The notes under the pieces were generated by a model. The model made no database searches. It saw only the letters and a list, made by a program, of their open reading frames with translations, and was not told the origin of the DNA. 38,196 nucleotides of DNA from a virus (taxonomy: Duplodnaviria > Heunggongvirae > Uroviricota > Caudoviricetes), in the IMG/VR virus record IMGVR_UViG_3300029267_003506; one strand, written 5' to 3'. The position numbers and the translations under genes are program-made. Shown here piece by piece: positions 1 through 6,821 of this stretch (the stretch's first letter is position 1; each line of letters begins with the position of its first letter).

Positions 1-876
1 AGAAACGTTCTTATCCTCACAGTCTTGCTGAAGCCTGGATAACCAATATCGAACATTCCAACTGCCAATAGAGCGTCGAATGTTTTTACTCAATCGACGT
101 TTGAGTCTTGTGCCTTTTGTTATCCCCTTCAACTTCTCAACAACGACCAAAGAAGCATTGTCAGTAACGTCCCTGGCAACCTCATCCATCCGTTGTCTTA
201 ATGCTCTCGCTGCCTTTTGCTGTCCCTTACTCCCATGCCTGCAACGCTTGACTCTCTCAATCCTCTCCCTGATATCTGTTCCTAACCTTTCTCCCGTGGA
301 AAGCGTAGCAAGAGAATTTATCCCTGTATCAATTCCGACACACTTGTTGATCGCTTGCTTCAACCCTGTTTCAATTTCAAAACAGAATTGGACACACCTA
401 TCAGTGATGACGTAGCTGTTCAGGCGCACTCCTCGTTGAGATAAGCGATTGAATTGATCATGAAAACGAATAGGCAAATCTAATGAAATCTTTTCACCAA
501 TAGAAGCTAAGTGCAACCAAGCATCAAACTCTCTTGCGTGTTTTGCTGGCTGTAACTCAGCAATCGTGCTGGAGACAGACATTGATTTGCCTCTGTGTTT
601 CGGCTTTCTTGCTTTCTTACCATCTCTTTCTCTTGAAGCCTTGACCATTCCAATTGCTTCACGCGCTGCTACTTTTCTTAACCTGGCAGATAACCAAGTC
701 GTCGGTGAATTGACAATTGGCTTCAAAAGCTGACAACGTGCAGGACAGGATAACCAGAAAAGATCAATGAAGTGGTTAACGACTTTAGCATACTCACAAA
801 GAATGTTTCTCAGAGTTTCTCTCTTCTGTTCATTGGCAAACTTCAAAGAGCATTTGCTTGATCGCTTAATCTTCAC
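1..876 (-). CDS. tnpB: TnpB RNA-guided endonuclease (IS607 type), 3' end truncated by the window edge
   Basis: Not in the ORF track. Manual translation from GTG at 876 is open to position 1 and gives RuvC-I (CVGIDTGINSLATLS) and RuvC-II (LVVVEKL). It overlaps the tnpA stop. Confidence 0.92.
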   Translation of the reverse strand, partial: MKIKRSSKCSLKFANEQKRETLRNILCEYAKVVNHFIDLFWLSCPARCQLLKPIVNSPTTWLSARLRKVAAREAIGMVKASRERDGKKARKPKHRGKSMSVSSTIAELQPAKHAREFDAWLHLASIGEKISLDLPIRFHDQFNRLSQRGVRLNSYVITDRCVQFCFEIETGLKQAINKCVGIDTGINSLATLSTGERLGTDIRERIERVKRCRHGSKGQQKAARALRQRMDEVARDVTDNASLVVVEKLKGITKGTRLKRRLSKNIRRSIGSWNVRYWLSRLQQDCEDKNVS

Positions 877-1438
877 TTTCTGCTGCCTTTATCGCTCTTT
901 TTGCCCGATTCTTTGCTGACCTTCTACCATAAATTCTTGCACACATAGAAGTGACTACATCTGTGAAATCCTTTAAGAGATCAGAAGTCTCTTCCTCTTC
1001 ATTTATCACGATTATCCTCTTGCCAGCAGCATCAAGTGCTGCCTCAATGTAGTCAACGCCAAAGCGAGACAATCGATCTCGATGCTCAACAATGATAGTC
1101 GAGATAGATTTTGAAGAGAGAATCTTCAAAAGCTTTTTCCTCGATCCGTTAAGTCCAGATCCTATTTCCGTAATCTCCTGCGTAACCCTAAAACCCTTCT
1201 CCGAAGCGTAATCGCGGAGACGATTCATCTGACGCTCAAGATTATCTTTTTGATCACGTGAGGACACTCTTCCGTAAAGTACGACAAAATCACCAGAAGA
1301 TGGTTCTTCCGTAGGGTGTACCAATATGGTGCCTGTTGCGAGTTGTTGTGCTTCACAAGGCAATTTACCACTCTGGAACAGGCGGTGAGCCGTCCGATAA
1401 CTCAAACCATTCTGTTTCGCCCACTCTGAAAGTTTCAT
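866..1438 (-). CDS. tnpA: IS607 transposase TnpA (MerR-like HTH + serine recombinase)
   Basis: N-terminal MKLSEWAKQNGLSYRTAHR HTH, YGRVSS catalytic motif, IVEHRDRLSRFG and C-terminal CARIYGRRS. Confidence 0.95.
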   Translation of the reverse strand: MKLSEWAKQNGLSYRTAHRLFQSGKLPCEAQQLATGTILVHPTEEPSSGDFVVLYGRVSSRDQKDNLERQMNRLRDYASEKGFRVTQEITEIGSGLNGSRKKLLKILSSKSISTIIVEHRDRLSRFGVDYIEAALDAAGKRIIVINEEEETSDLLKDFTDVVTSMCARIYGRRSAKNRAKRAIKAAESED

Positions 1439-1444
1439 ACTCGT

Positions 1445-1473
1445 AGTATATCTGACTATACTTGTCTTGTCAA
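1445..1473 (-). promoter_or_regulatory. sigma70 promoter for tnpA, probably leaderless
   Basis: TTGACA-17 nt-TATACT, with the ATG 6 nt after the -10 box and no Shine-Dalgarno. Confidence 0.8.
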
Positions 1474-1494
1474 GAACATATTTTCAAATTCTGC

Positions 1495-1568
1495 TGGTTA
1501 CCCCACCTGGATTCGAACCAGGACCCCCAGAGCCAAAATCTGGTGCCCTTCCGTTGAGCTATGGGGTA
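1495..1568 (-). tRNA. tRNA-Gln(TTG)
   Basis: Cloverleaf; anticodon arm CCAGA-TTTTGGC-TCTGG; encoded CCA. Confidence 0.92.
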
Positions 1569-1617
1569 TCTCTTTCTTTGTAACCGGGCTCGCGGTCTGT
1601 TTTCTGTTCCTTTTTGC

Positions 1618-1852
1618 TTATTTTTTCAGAATTCGAACCGGGACAATCTGCAATTTCAACTGTTCCCTCTGTTGTCTTCTATCCTCTGTGCCCTCTTCTA
1701 CGCGCTCCAGCAGGCTCTCCTGGTGTTTTTCTCGCAACTTCCTCACATCAATCGCCGGCGACAGCGAGGTCGGTTTTTCACGTTCACGAATGAGTTCTGC
1801 ATTCAGCCGGGCGATTTCCCCTGCGTATTCGTACTGTACCGCGTCTACCTTA
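1618..1852 (-). pseudogene. Possible ORF fragment with no start codon (KVDAVQYEY...VRILKK)
   Basis: Open minus-strand frame of about 80 codons beyond the TnpB remnant end; no in-frame ATG/GTG start seen. Confidence 0.3.
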
Positions 1853-2032
1853 CCGTTTCTGAAAACGTAGACAAATATCCTTTAAGCCACATTTTCAGAT
1901 TTGCAACAGGCACCGTAGGGTCCTGTAAGTAATCGGTCCAAGATATTTCGGGCAGCATTTACGTCTGCATTGTCAGTGTGACTACACTTCTGACACCGAA
2001 ATACCTCTCCAATCCGATTCCTCCTACCCCTA
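1853..2032 (-). mobile_element. Orphan TnpB 3' end + IS right end (omegaRNA-sized mini-element)
   Basis: 2025-1882 translates to RRNRIGEVFRCQKCSHTDNADVNAARNILDRLLTGPYGACCKSENVA* (Zn-ribbon half + RuvC-III). It is followed by the stem TCTGAAAATGT/ACGTTTTCAGA ending in AACGG. Confidence 0.85.
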
Positions 2033-2419
2033 CCGTTTTCCGGATTGTTCATCGCTGCCTTCCTTTGGTAGAATCCTTTGTATTTTGGCGCGAAAAACGT
2101 CAGGCGTAAACGGTTTGATGATATACTGGTTTGCGCCCTTCTTTGCTGCCATGATAACTGTCATTCTATCCGCATCAGAAGTGGCTACGACGATTGGCGT
2201 TTCCCGGTCTGTCTTTCTTATCTCGCTCAGGAACTCCAAGCCGCCCATTCGCGGCATATTGAGGTCCAGAGTAACGAGGTCGAACCTTCCGCGCTCCATC
2301 TCGAAAAGCGCTTCTTTGCCATCGCGCGCTTCCACAAACTCCTCAAAACCCATGCTCGTCAGTAGCCGTATCTGAATGCGCCGGATGGTGGACGAGTCAT
2401 CCACAATCAACGCTCTCAT
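2030..2419 (-). CDS. CheY-like single-domain response regulator
   Basis: LIVDDS acidic pocket, DLNMP phospho-acceptor Asp, conserved Thr and KPF motif. Confidence 0.92.
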   Translation of the reverse strand: MRALIVDDSSTIRRIQIRLLTSMGFEEFVEARDGKEALFEMERGRFDLVTLDLNMPRMGGLEFLSEIRKTDRETPIVVATSDADRMTVIMAAKKGANQYIIKPFTPDVFRAKIQRILPKEGSDEQSGKR

Positions 2420-2437
2420 TGTTTCCCCTCTTATGTT

Positions 2438-2528
2438 TGGCGGCAGGACAGGGACTCGAACCCTGAAGGGGCATCAAAGCCCCCACCTGTTTTCGAGACA
2501 GGCCGACTACCAGTTATCGCACCCTGCC
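2438..2528 (-). tRNA. tRNA-Ser(CGA)
   Basis: CCTGT-CTCGAAA-ACAGG; long variable arm; CCA. Confidence 0.92.
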
Positions 2529-2533
2529 ATTTG

Positions 2534-2764
2534 TCATCTCTCAGACGCGCCTCCATTCTTTCTTGCCGCGAAATAGTGGGTTATTACAGCGGTTGCCAGG
2601 ACCCACCAAGATCTATCTACCTGCATCTGTACAATCTGCATGTATATTGTCGCGCCCACTACAAGCAACGCGATAACATTCGCAAAGTGTTTCTGGTTGC
2701 CAAACTCGCTCGCCAACTTGCTCACCAACCACCTGAACGACGACGGCTCTCTTTGGCTACTCAC
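2534..2764 (-). CDS. Small membrane protein (2 predicted TM segments)
   Basis: 76 aa with two hydrophobic stretches; overlaps the upstream gene end. Confidence 0.6.
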   Translation of the reverse strand: MSSQREPSSFRWLVSKLASEFGNQKHFANVIALLVVGATIYMQIVQMQVDRSWWVLATAVITHYFAARKNGGASER

Positions 2765-3059
2765 GCGTCATCTCCTCAAGCAGGGCAGCAATAACCTCGG
2801 CATGGCATCTCTTCGGAGCACACCAGCAAAGCAGTGTTACCTCTCCGTTCAAGCGTAAAATGTCAGCCAAACGCCAAAGTTCGCATACAACCTCTTGGTC
2901 CTCCTCTTCAATTCTCCCCTCCAGCCATTCCTTGTAACGCTCGATGCACTCGTCACGCTTCGACTCCGATGGCAATGGAAAAGGATTACCGAGCGGCGAA
3001 CCTCTACCGACATACTCTCCCTTGTCCCCTGCCTTCTTGTTCCCTATGGTGATCCTCAT
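2757..3059 (-). CDS. DUF4326 family protein
   Basis: YVGRGSPLGNPF and LLCWCAPKRCHAEVI motifs. Confidence 0.88.
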   Translation of the reverse strand: MRITIGNKKAGDKGEYVGRGSPLGNPFPLPSESKRDECIERYKEWLEGRIEEEDQEVVCELWRLADILRLNGEVTLLCWCAPKRCHAEVIAALLEEMTRE

Positions 3060-3074
3060 TTGTCACCTTCAATT

Positions 3075-3164
3075 TGGCGGATGGGGTGGGATTCGAACCC
3101 ACGGACGGCTTGCACCGCCACTGATTTTCAAGACCAGAGCACTAGACCACTATGCGACCCATCC
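3075..3164 (-). tRNA. tRNA-Ser(TGA)
   Basis: CTGGT-CTTGAAA-ATCAG; long variable arm; CCA. Confidence 0.92.
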
Positions 3165-3174
3165 TTACGTGAAT

Positions 3175-3262
3175 TGGCGGAAGGGACAGGACTCGAACCT
3201 GCATGTGACTCGCGCCACACCTGCTTTCCAGGCAGGACCCTTACCGTTCGGGGCACCCTTCC
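3175..3262 (-). tRNA. tRNA-Ser(GGA)
   Basis: CCTGC-CTGGAAA-GCAGG; long variable arm; CCA. Confidence 0.92.
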
Positions 3263-3263
3263 G

Positions 3264-3518
3264 TTAGCTTCTGCGCACTCTCAGCAATTTGGCATCCCTG
3301 GTCAAACTATTCCACTCCTTACCTGTGTCAATCGTGTCGTCTCGCCAATCTGCATCTACTGCGTAAACTTCAAACTCTCCCTCCTGTTTTGTCCTCTCCA
3401 GATAAGCGAGAGCATCCTTCCAAAACCGCCACACAGAGCCACCGGCGGCTTTTGCTGCGTTTTCATCCTCATCTATGTATTTCTCATATATTTCCTTCTT
3501 GCCTATTGTGAAAATCAT
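3264..3518 (-). CDS. Hypothetical protein (84 aa)
   Basis: Start reset to the ATG at 3518 (MIFTIGKK), which has a GAGGGG RBS. The longer track ORF overlaps a tRNA. Confidence 0.7.
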   Translation of the reverse strand: MIFTIGKKEIYEKYIDEDENAAKAAGGSVWRFWKDALAYLERTKQEGEFEVYAVDADWRDDTIDTGKEWNSLTRDAKLLRVRRS

Positions 3519-3534
3519 GAAGCACCCCTCATTA

Positions 3535-3620
3535 TGGCGGAAGGGACAGGACTCGAACCTGCAAGACCGTGAGGTCGCCACTTTAGCAAAGTGGTTCATT
3601 ACCAGTTATGATACCCTTCC
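3535..3620 (-). tRNA. tRNA-Ser(GCT)
   Basis: CCACT-TTGCTAA-AGTGG; long variable arm; CCA. Confidence 0.92.
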
Positions 3621-3685
3621 GTTGCCAGACAAAAGTCGCCTGAGTTCCTTTCCTGTTTTTCGAGACAAACGAAATCCCACACCAC

Positions 3686-4126
3686 TCATTCAGCAACACA
3701 ATTCCTCATGAAACCCTGCACTCCTCGGATAGCCGGCTCACTCATGCTGCTTGTCGCCCAAAAAGCCGTCCTGGGCACCAAGACGAGCCGCGCCCCTATT
3801 TCTTTGCAAGTTGAAGATTCCGGGCATTCTCGACCGTATTCCTCTCCTGTGCAATGTACGTGGGGCTTGATACTCCGAATGAAGGCATCCGGCGTATCTT
3901 CCTCAAATATAACCACTTTATCAACAAATCCTAGACTCATCAACGCTTTGCGCCGCGTCTCTTGGTCGAAAAATGGCTCAGGACGCTTTCTCCGTCGTAT
4001 GTAGTCGTCAGCGTTGATACCGACCACAAGTCGGTCTCCCTGACCACGGCAAAAACCCAGATAAAACAGATGTCCTGGGTGAATGCCATCAAAGCAGCCG
4101 TTGCAGGTGACCGTCTCTATGACTAT
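3686..4126 (-). CDS. HxGH cytidylyl/adenylyltransferase (RfaE C-terminal/TagD-like)
   Basis: The frame extends upstream of the track start and includes TCNGCFDGIHPGHL, plus VVGINAD and LGFVDKVVIFEEDTP. Only ATA is available as a start. Confidence 0.85.
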   Translation of the reverse strand: MVIETVTCNGCFDGIHPGHLFYLGFCRGQGDRLVVGINADDYIRRRKRPEPFFDQETRRKALMSLGFVDKVVIFEEDTPDAFIRSIKPHVHCTGEEYGRECPESSTCKEIGARLVLVPRTAFWATSSMSEPAIRGVQGFMRNCVAE

Positions 4127-4137
4127 TTTTCCCTTCT

Positions 4138-4214
4138 TGGTGGGCGATACAGGATTCGAACCTGTGACCTCTTCTGCGTGAGAGAAGCGCTCTAGCCAAC
4201 TGAGCTAATCGCCC
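4138..4214 (-). tRNA. tRNA-Val(CAC)
   Basis: CTTCT-CTCACGC-AGAAG; CCA. Confidence 0.92.
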
Positions 4215-4237
4215 TCATGTATCGACGCATCTCAGTT

Positions 4238-4311
4238 TGGTGGGCGTGAGAAGAGTCGAACTTCCGTCTCTGGCACGTCAAGCCAGTGCATTGCCGTTAT
4301 GCAACACGCCC
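4238..4311 (-). tRNA. tRNA-Val(GAC)
   Basis: CTGGC-TTGACGT-GCCAG; CCA. Confidence 0.9.
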
Positions 4312-4331
4312 GGACAGGATTTCGGACTTGG

Positions 4332-4526
4332 TCACTCAACCTCATCTCTCCACTCGACCTTCCGAGGCGGCTTGTCATCAAAGATTTCTTGTAGTTTCAC
4401 CTTCGCCCCTGGGATGTCCTTCCAACTAACCTTGCACAGCATGACTTTCCCTGACTGCCGAGCGTCAATGTCGTCAACAGCGTCGTCGATAGGAATTACC
4501 ACCGTCAGCGCGTACTTCCTGTCCAT
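4332..4526 (-). CDS. Hypothetical protein (64 aa)
   Basis: ATG at 4526 with a GGAAGGGA RBS, immediately after the DUF5662 gene stop. Confidence 0.6.
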   Translation of the reverse strand: MDRKYALTVVIPIDDAVDDIDARQSGKVMLCKVSWKDIPGAKVKLQEIFDDKPPRKVEWRDEVE

Positions 4527-4540
4527 CTGGTCCCTTCCAC

Positions 4541-5056
4541 TTACGAATACACACGCTCGAATATCTCGTGAATGAACCTGACTGCCCACTCTGGCAGTTC
4601 AATCCTATCCTTGTTTTTTTCGTAGTACTCCCGAGCCGTATCCCCAAACTGGTAACCCATTGCCATCCAATCCGCAACCATGCAAACGCAGTGTACCTCG
4701 CCGGCGTATGGATTGAAGAACTCCGTCGCAGCCCAGTTTTCCCAATGATGTGGATTCTCTCCCTTGTGATGTTCCCATGCCGCCGCAAAATCGGCTGAGT
4801 TGGCATCCTCATGCTCAGTAGGATAGAATTTTACGCGATACTGGACAAATTCCTCTGGCGATAGTTTCGAAACATCATGCTGTTCCAGGTGTCCTCTGAT
4901 TTCGTGAAAAACGTAGTCATCATAGATAAAACGCATGTCCTTGCACTTTTCTTGGAGTACGCCCCATGCCTTCTCGATGTTGCGCAAGTGATTTTCAATG
5001 TAGTCCAAATAACTTCGTGTACGCTCGATATGATCCATTGCGCGCATGTTAAGCAT
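4541..5056 (-). CDS. DUF5662/HD-like metal-dependent hydrolase
   Basis: HDVSKLSPEEF, AWEHHKGENPHHWENW and MVADWMAM motifs. Start reset to 5056 because the track start overlaps tRNAs. Confidence 0.8.
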   Translation of the reverse strand: MLNMRAMDHIERTRSYLDYIENHLRNIEKAWGVLQEKCKDMRFIYDDYVFHEIRGHLEQHDVSKLSPEEFVQYRVKFYPTEHEDANSADFAAAWEHHKGENPHHWENWAATEFFNPYAGEVHCVCMVADWMAMGYQFGDTAREYYEKNKDRIELPEWAVRFIHEIFERVYS

Positions 5057-5103
5057 CGTTTTCCCTTCGTCGCGGTCACAACCGAATCGTGAGTTTGTCA
5101 GTT

Positions 5104-5182
5104 TGGTAGGGCGAGAGGGAATCGAACCCTGCTGCGGACACGAGTTTATAAGACCCGTCGAATCAACCAGACTTTCCGCCCT
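5104..5182 (-). tRNA. Atypical tRNA-Ile(TAT)
   Basis: CGGGT-CTTATAA-ACTCG anticodon arm, TTCGATT T-loop, acceptor AGGGCGG/TCGCCCT and ACCA. D and variable regions are non-canonical. Confidence 0.7.
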
Positions 5183-5201
5183 CTGTCTCCTAAGCGTATT
5201 T

Positions 5202-5277
5202 TGGTAGGCGTGGAGGGATTCGAACCCCCGACCCTCTGAATGTAAGTCAGACGCTCTAGCCTCTGAGCTACACACCT
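5202..5277 (-). tRNA. tRNA-Val(TAC)
   Basis: TCTGA-CTTACAT-TCAGA; CCA. Confidence 0.92.
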
Positions 5278-5298
5278 ATGAGTTCCTGCTTCAGCCTG

Positions 5299-5550
5299 TC
5301 ACGAGCCTCGCGCGAGGAGAATGCCCATTATCTTGTCAGCCTCGTCACGGTCGCTTTCTTTTTCCTCCTCCGGCAAACTCCCATATTCCGTATTCATCTG
5401 ACGCTCCCACCTCTCGACAAGGCTCCTGGGAATCGTCACTGTGCCGTCTTCGTTCTTTTTGGACTTACTGAACATGTACTTCATCCAGCCGCTCCAGGCA
5501 TCATGCGCATACCTTGCCAACGTTTCCCTCATGCTCTGTTTCCCCTTCAT
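5299..5550 (-). CDS. Hypothetical phage protein (YxxLPEEEKESDR, RyR-domain-like motif)
   Basis: 83 aa with AHDAW...YGSLPEEEKESDR. Confidence 0.65.
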   Translation of the reverse strand: MKGKQSMRETLARYAHDAWSGWMKYMFSKSKKNEDGTVTIPRSLVERWERQMNTEYGSLPEEEKESDRDEADKIMGILLARGS

Positions 5551-5630
5551 AAGCCGCTACTGGGAGGGCTGTTTCAACCAGGGCATCACTACGTGGCTCC
5601 TGGCAGCAAAACTAAGATTCGGACTCGGTT

Positions 5631-5717
5631 TGGTGGCTCTGAGAGGATTCGAACCTCCATGGCTTTGCAGCCACCAGATCCTAAGTCTGGCGCGTATGCC
5701 TATTCCGCCACAGAGCC
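5631..5717 (-). tRNA. tRNA-Leu(TAG)
   Basis: CCAGA-CTTAGGA-TCTGG; Leu-type D arm; long variable arm; CCA. Confidence 0.92.
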
Positions 5718-5748
5718 CCGTAACCACTATACCTGACGCCGCACCTCG

Positions 5749-5952
5749 TCATGGTCCTCCAACCATAAGCCTGTTGCCTTCCTCGGTCATCAAAGCCCTC
5801 TTTTCGCCCTTGATAACCTGAAAGTCCTCTAGGGTAGCGTTCTCGTTCCGCCTCATTCGCTCTTCGATAAATTCCAGCGCCTCTTGCTCGCTATCACATG
5901 CTCGGACGCCATGAAAGTCATAATCGTAGTCGTACACTATAAACCACTGCAT
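5749..5952 (-). CDS. Hypothetical protein (67 aa)
   Basis: ATG at 5952 (MQWFIVYDYD), between two Leu tRNAs. Confidence 0.65.
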   Translation of the reverse strand: MQWFIVYDYDYDFHGVRACDSEQEALEFIEERMRRNENATLEDFQVIKGEKRALMTEEGNRLMVGGP

Positions 5953-5972
5953 CACGGTTCCCCTAGAAAACC

Positions 5973-6060
5973 TGGTGCGAGCGAGAGGATTCGAACCTCC
6001 AGTAGGGACAAGCCCAAACAGAGCCTGAGTCTGCCGCGTCTGCCATTGCGCCACGCTCGC
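5973..6060 (-). tRNA. tRNA-Leu(CAG)
   Basis: GCAGA-CTCAGGC-TCTGT; long variable arm; CCA. Confidence 0.92.
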
Positions 6061-6072
6061 ATTCTTATAAAG

Positions 6073-6185
6073 AGGAAGCCGGCAACCACGTCTTTCCGCT
6101 AGCCAGCAAGCGCTTGCCAACCTGCGGAGTAGCCCCAAGAGCGCTCTTGGACGACCACACGAAGGAATTGAACCTCCAGCTTCCT
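6073..6185 (-). ncRNA. Unassigned structured RNA containing a tRNA T-arm
   Basis: Closing stem AGGAAGC/GCTTCCT, T-arm GGAGG-TTCAATT-CCTTC and two long hairpins. Confidence 0.55.
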
Positions 6186-6195
6186 AAAAACAAAA

Positions 6196-6341
6196 GGCAC
6201 CAAAAAATACAAGGAGTGTCTTTTTACCGGCGCGTTTGCCAATTTCGCCACAAGCCATCCGAGGACGACCCGGTGGGGCTCGAACCCACAAGTCCCGAAG
6301 GACACCGGTTTCTCTGAAGTATCTCCTCGCTGAAGCGTGCC
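6196..6341 (-). ncRNA. Circularly permuted tRNA-Leu-like RNA (YrlA-like topology)
   Basis: Order is anticodon 3' strand, variable arm, T-arm, acceptor closed by a loop, D-arm, anticodon 5' strand. It is enclosed by GGCAC/GTGCC and followed by a U-rich tract. Confidence 0.8.
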
Positions 6342-6355
6342 TTTTCTTTGTTTAT

Positions 6356-6428
6356 TACCCCCAACCGGACTCGAACCGGTGTCTGCAGACTGAGAATCTG
6401 CCATCCTGGGCCACTAGACGATGGGGGC
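6356..6428 (-). tRNA. tRNA-Glu(CTC)
   Basis: GCAGA-TTCTCAG-TCTGC; Glu-type D arm; no encoded CCA. Confidence 0.9.
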
Positions 6429-6752
6429 ATTTCTGCTTTCTTTGCAGCACTCACAATCACAGCGTCTCCAAGTCCCATTATACGACTTGGCCCACCTTAT
6501 GACGTTTACAGCCATTTTACGTCCATATCCAAATTTCTTGCGCAAATGGCGGACAATTTCATCGTCTCCGCGTCTCTTTTTGTGCAGCGCTAAAGCCACC
6601 TTGCCGGCAATCCAGCACGCTCTGTCGTAGTCAACATCGTCCCATTCGTTCGGGGGAGTTGAGCCAGATCTTACGCCGTTGATTTTTGCGCTTTTCCCTC
6701 CACGCGGGCAACGAAAATACGTCCATGGATATCTCTTCCAACTCTTTCCCAT
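6414..6752 (-). CDS. Hypothetical basic protein
   Basis: 112 aa with a GAAAGGAG RBS; the stop falls inside the tRNA-Glu 5' end. Confidence 0.65.
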   Translation of the reverse strand: MGKSWKRYPWTYFRCPRGGKSAKINGVRSGSTPPNEWDDVDYDRACWIAGKVALALHKKRRGDDEIVRHLRKKFGYGRKMAVNVIRWAKSYNGTWRRCDCECCKESRNAPIV

Positions 6753-6821
6753 TGCAGTTCTCCTTTCAAGAGCACTACAATGGATTTCCCCCCGCGCTAG
6801 TCATTGCCTCTCCTCCAAATA

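Larger units (their letters stand above)
1..1494 (-). mobile_element. IS607-family insertion sequence (tnpA + tnpB), right end outside the window
   Basis: A serine-recombinase tnpA overlaps a tnpB directly downstream of tRNA-Gln. The exact left-end position was not resolved. Confidence 0.9.

Noticed and set aside
1630-1665. GGTTCGAATTC T-loop-like sequence
   Set aside because: The stem is weak, no D-arm or acceptor was found, and it lies in an open reading frame.
5631-5717. Amber suppressor or stop-codon recoding suggested by the TAG anticodon
   Set aside because: Anticodon TAG reads CTA (Leu). Genes end normally in TAA, TAG and TGA, so there is no sign of recoding.
6148-6257. A single degenerate linear tRNA-Leu with an expanded anticodon arm, ending GTCCA
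   Set aside because: The acceptor strands do not pair. The D-arm pairs with the upstream 3' half (permuted RNA at 6196-6341), and the T-arm belongs to the separate RNA at 6073-6185.
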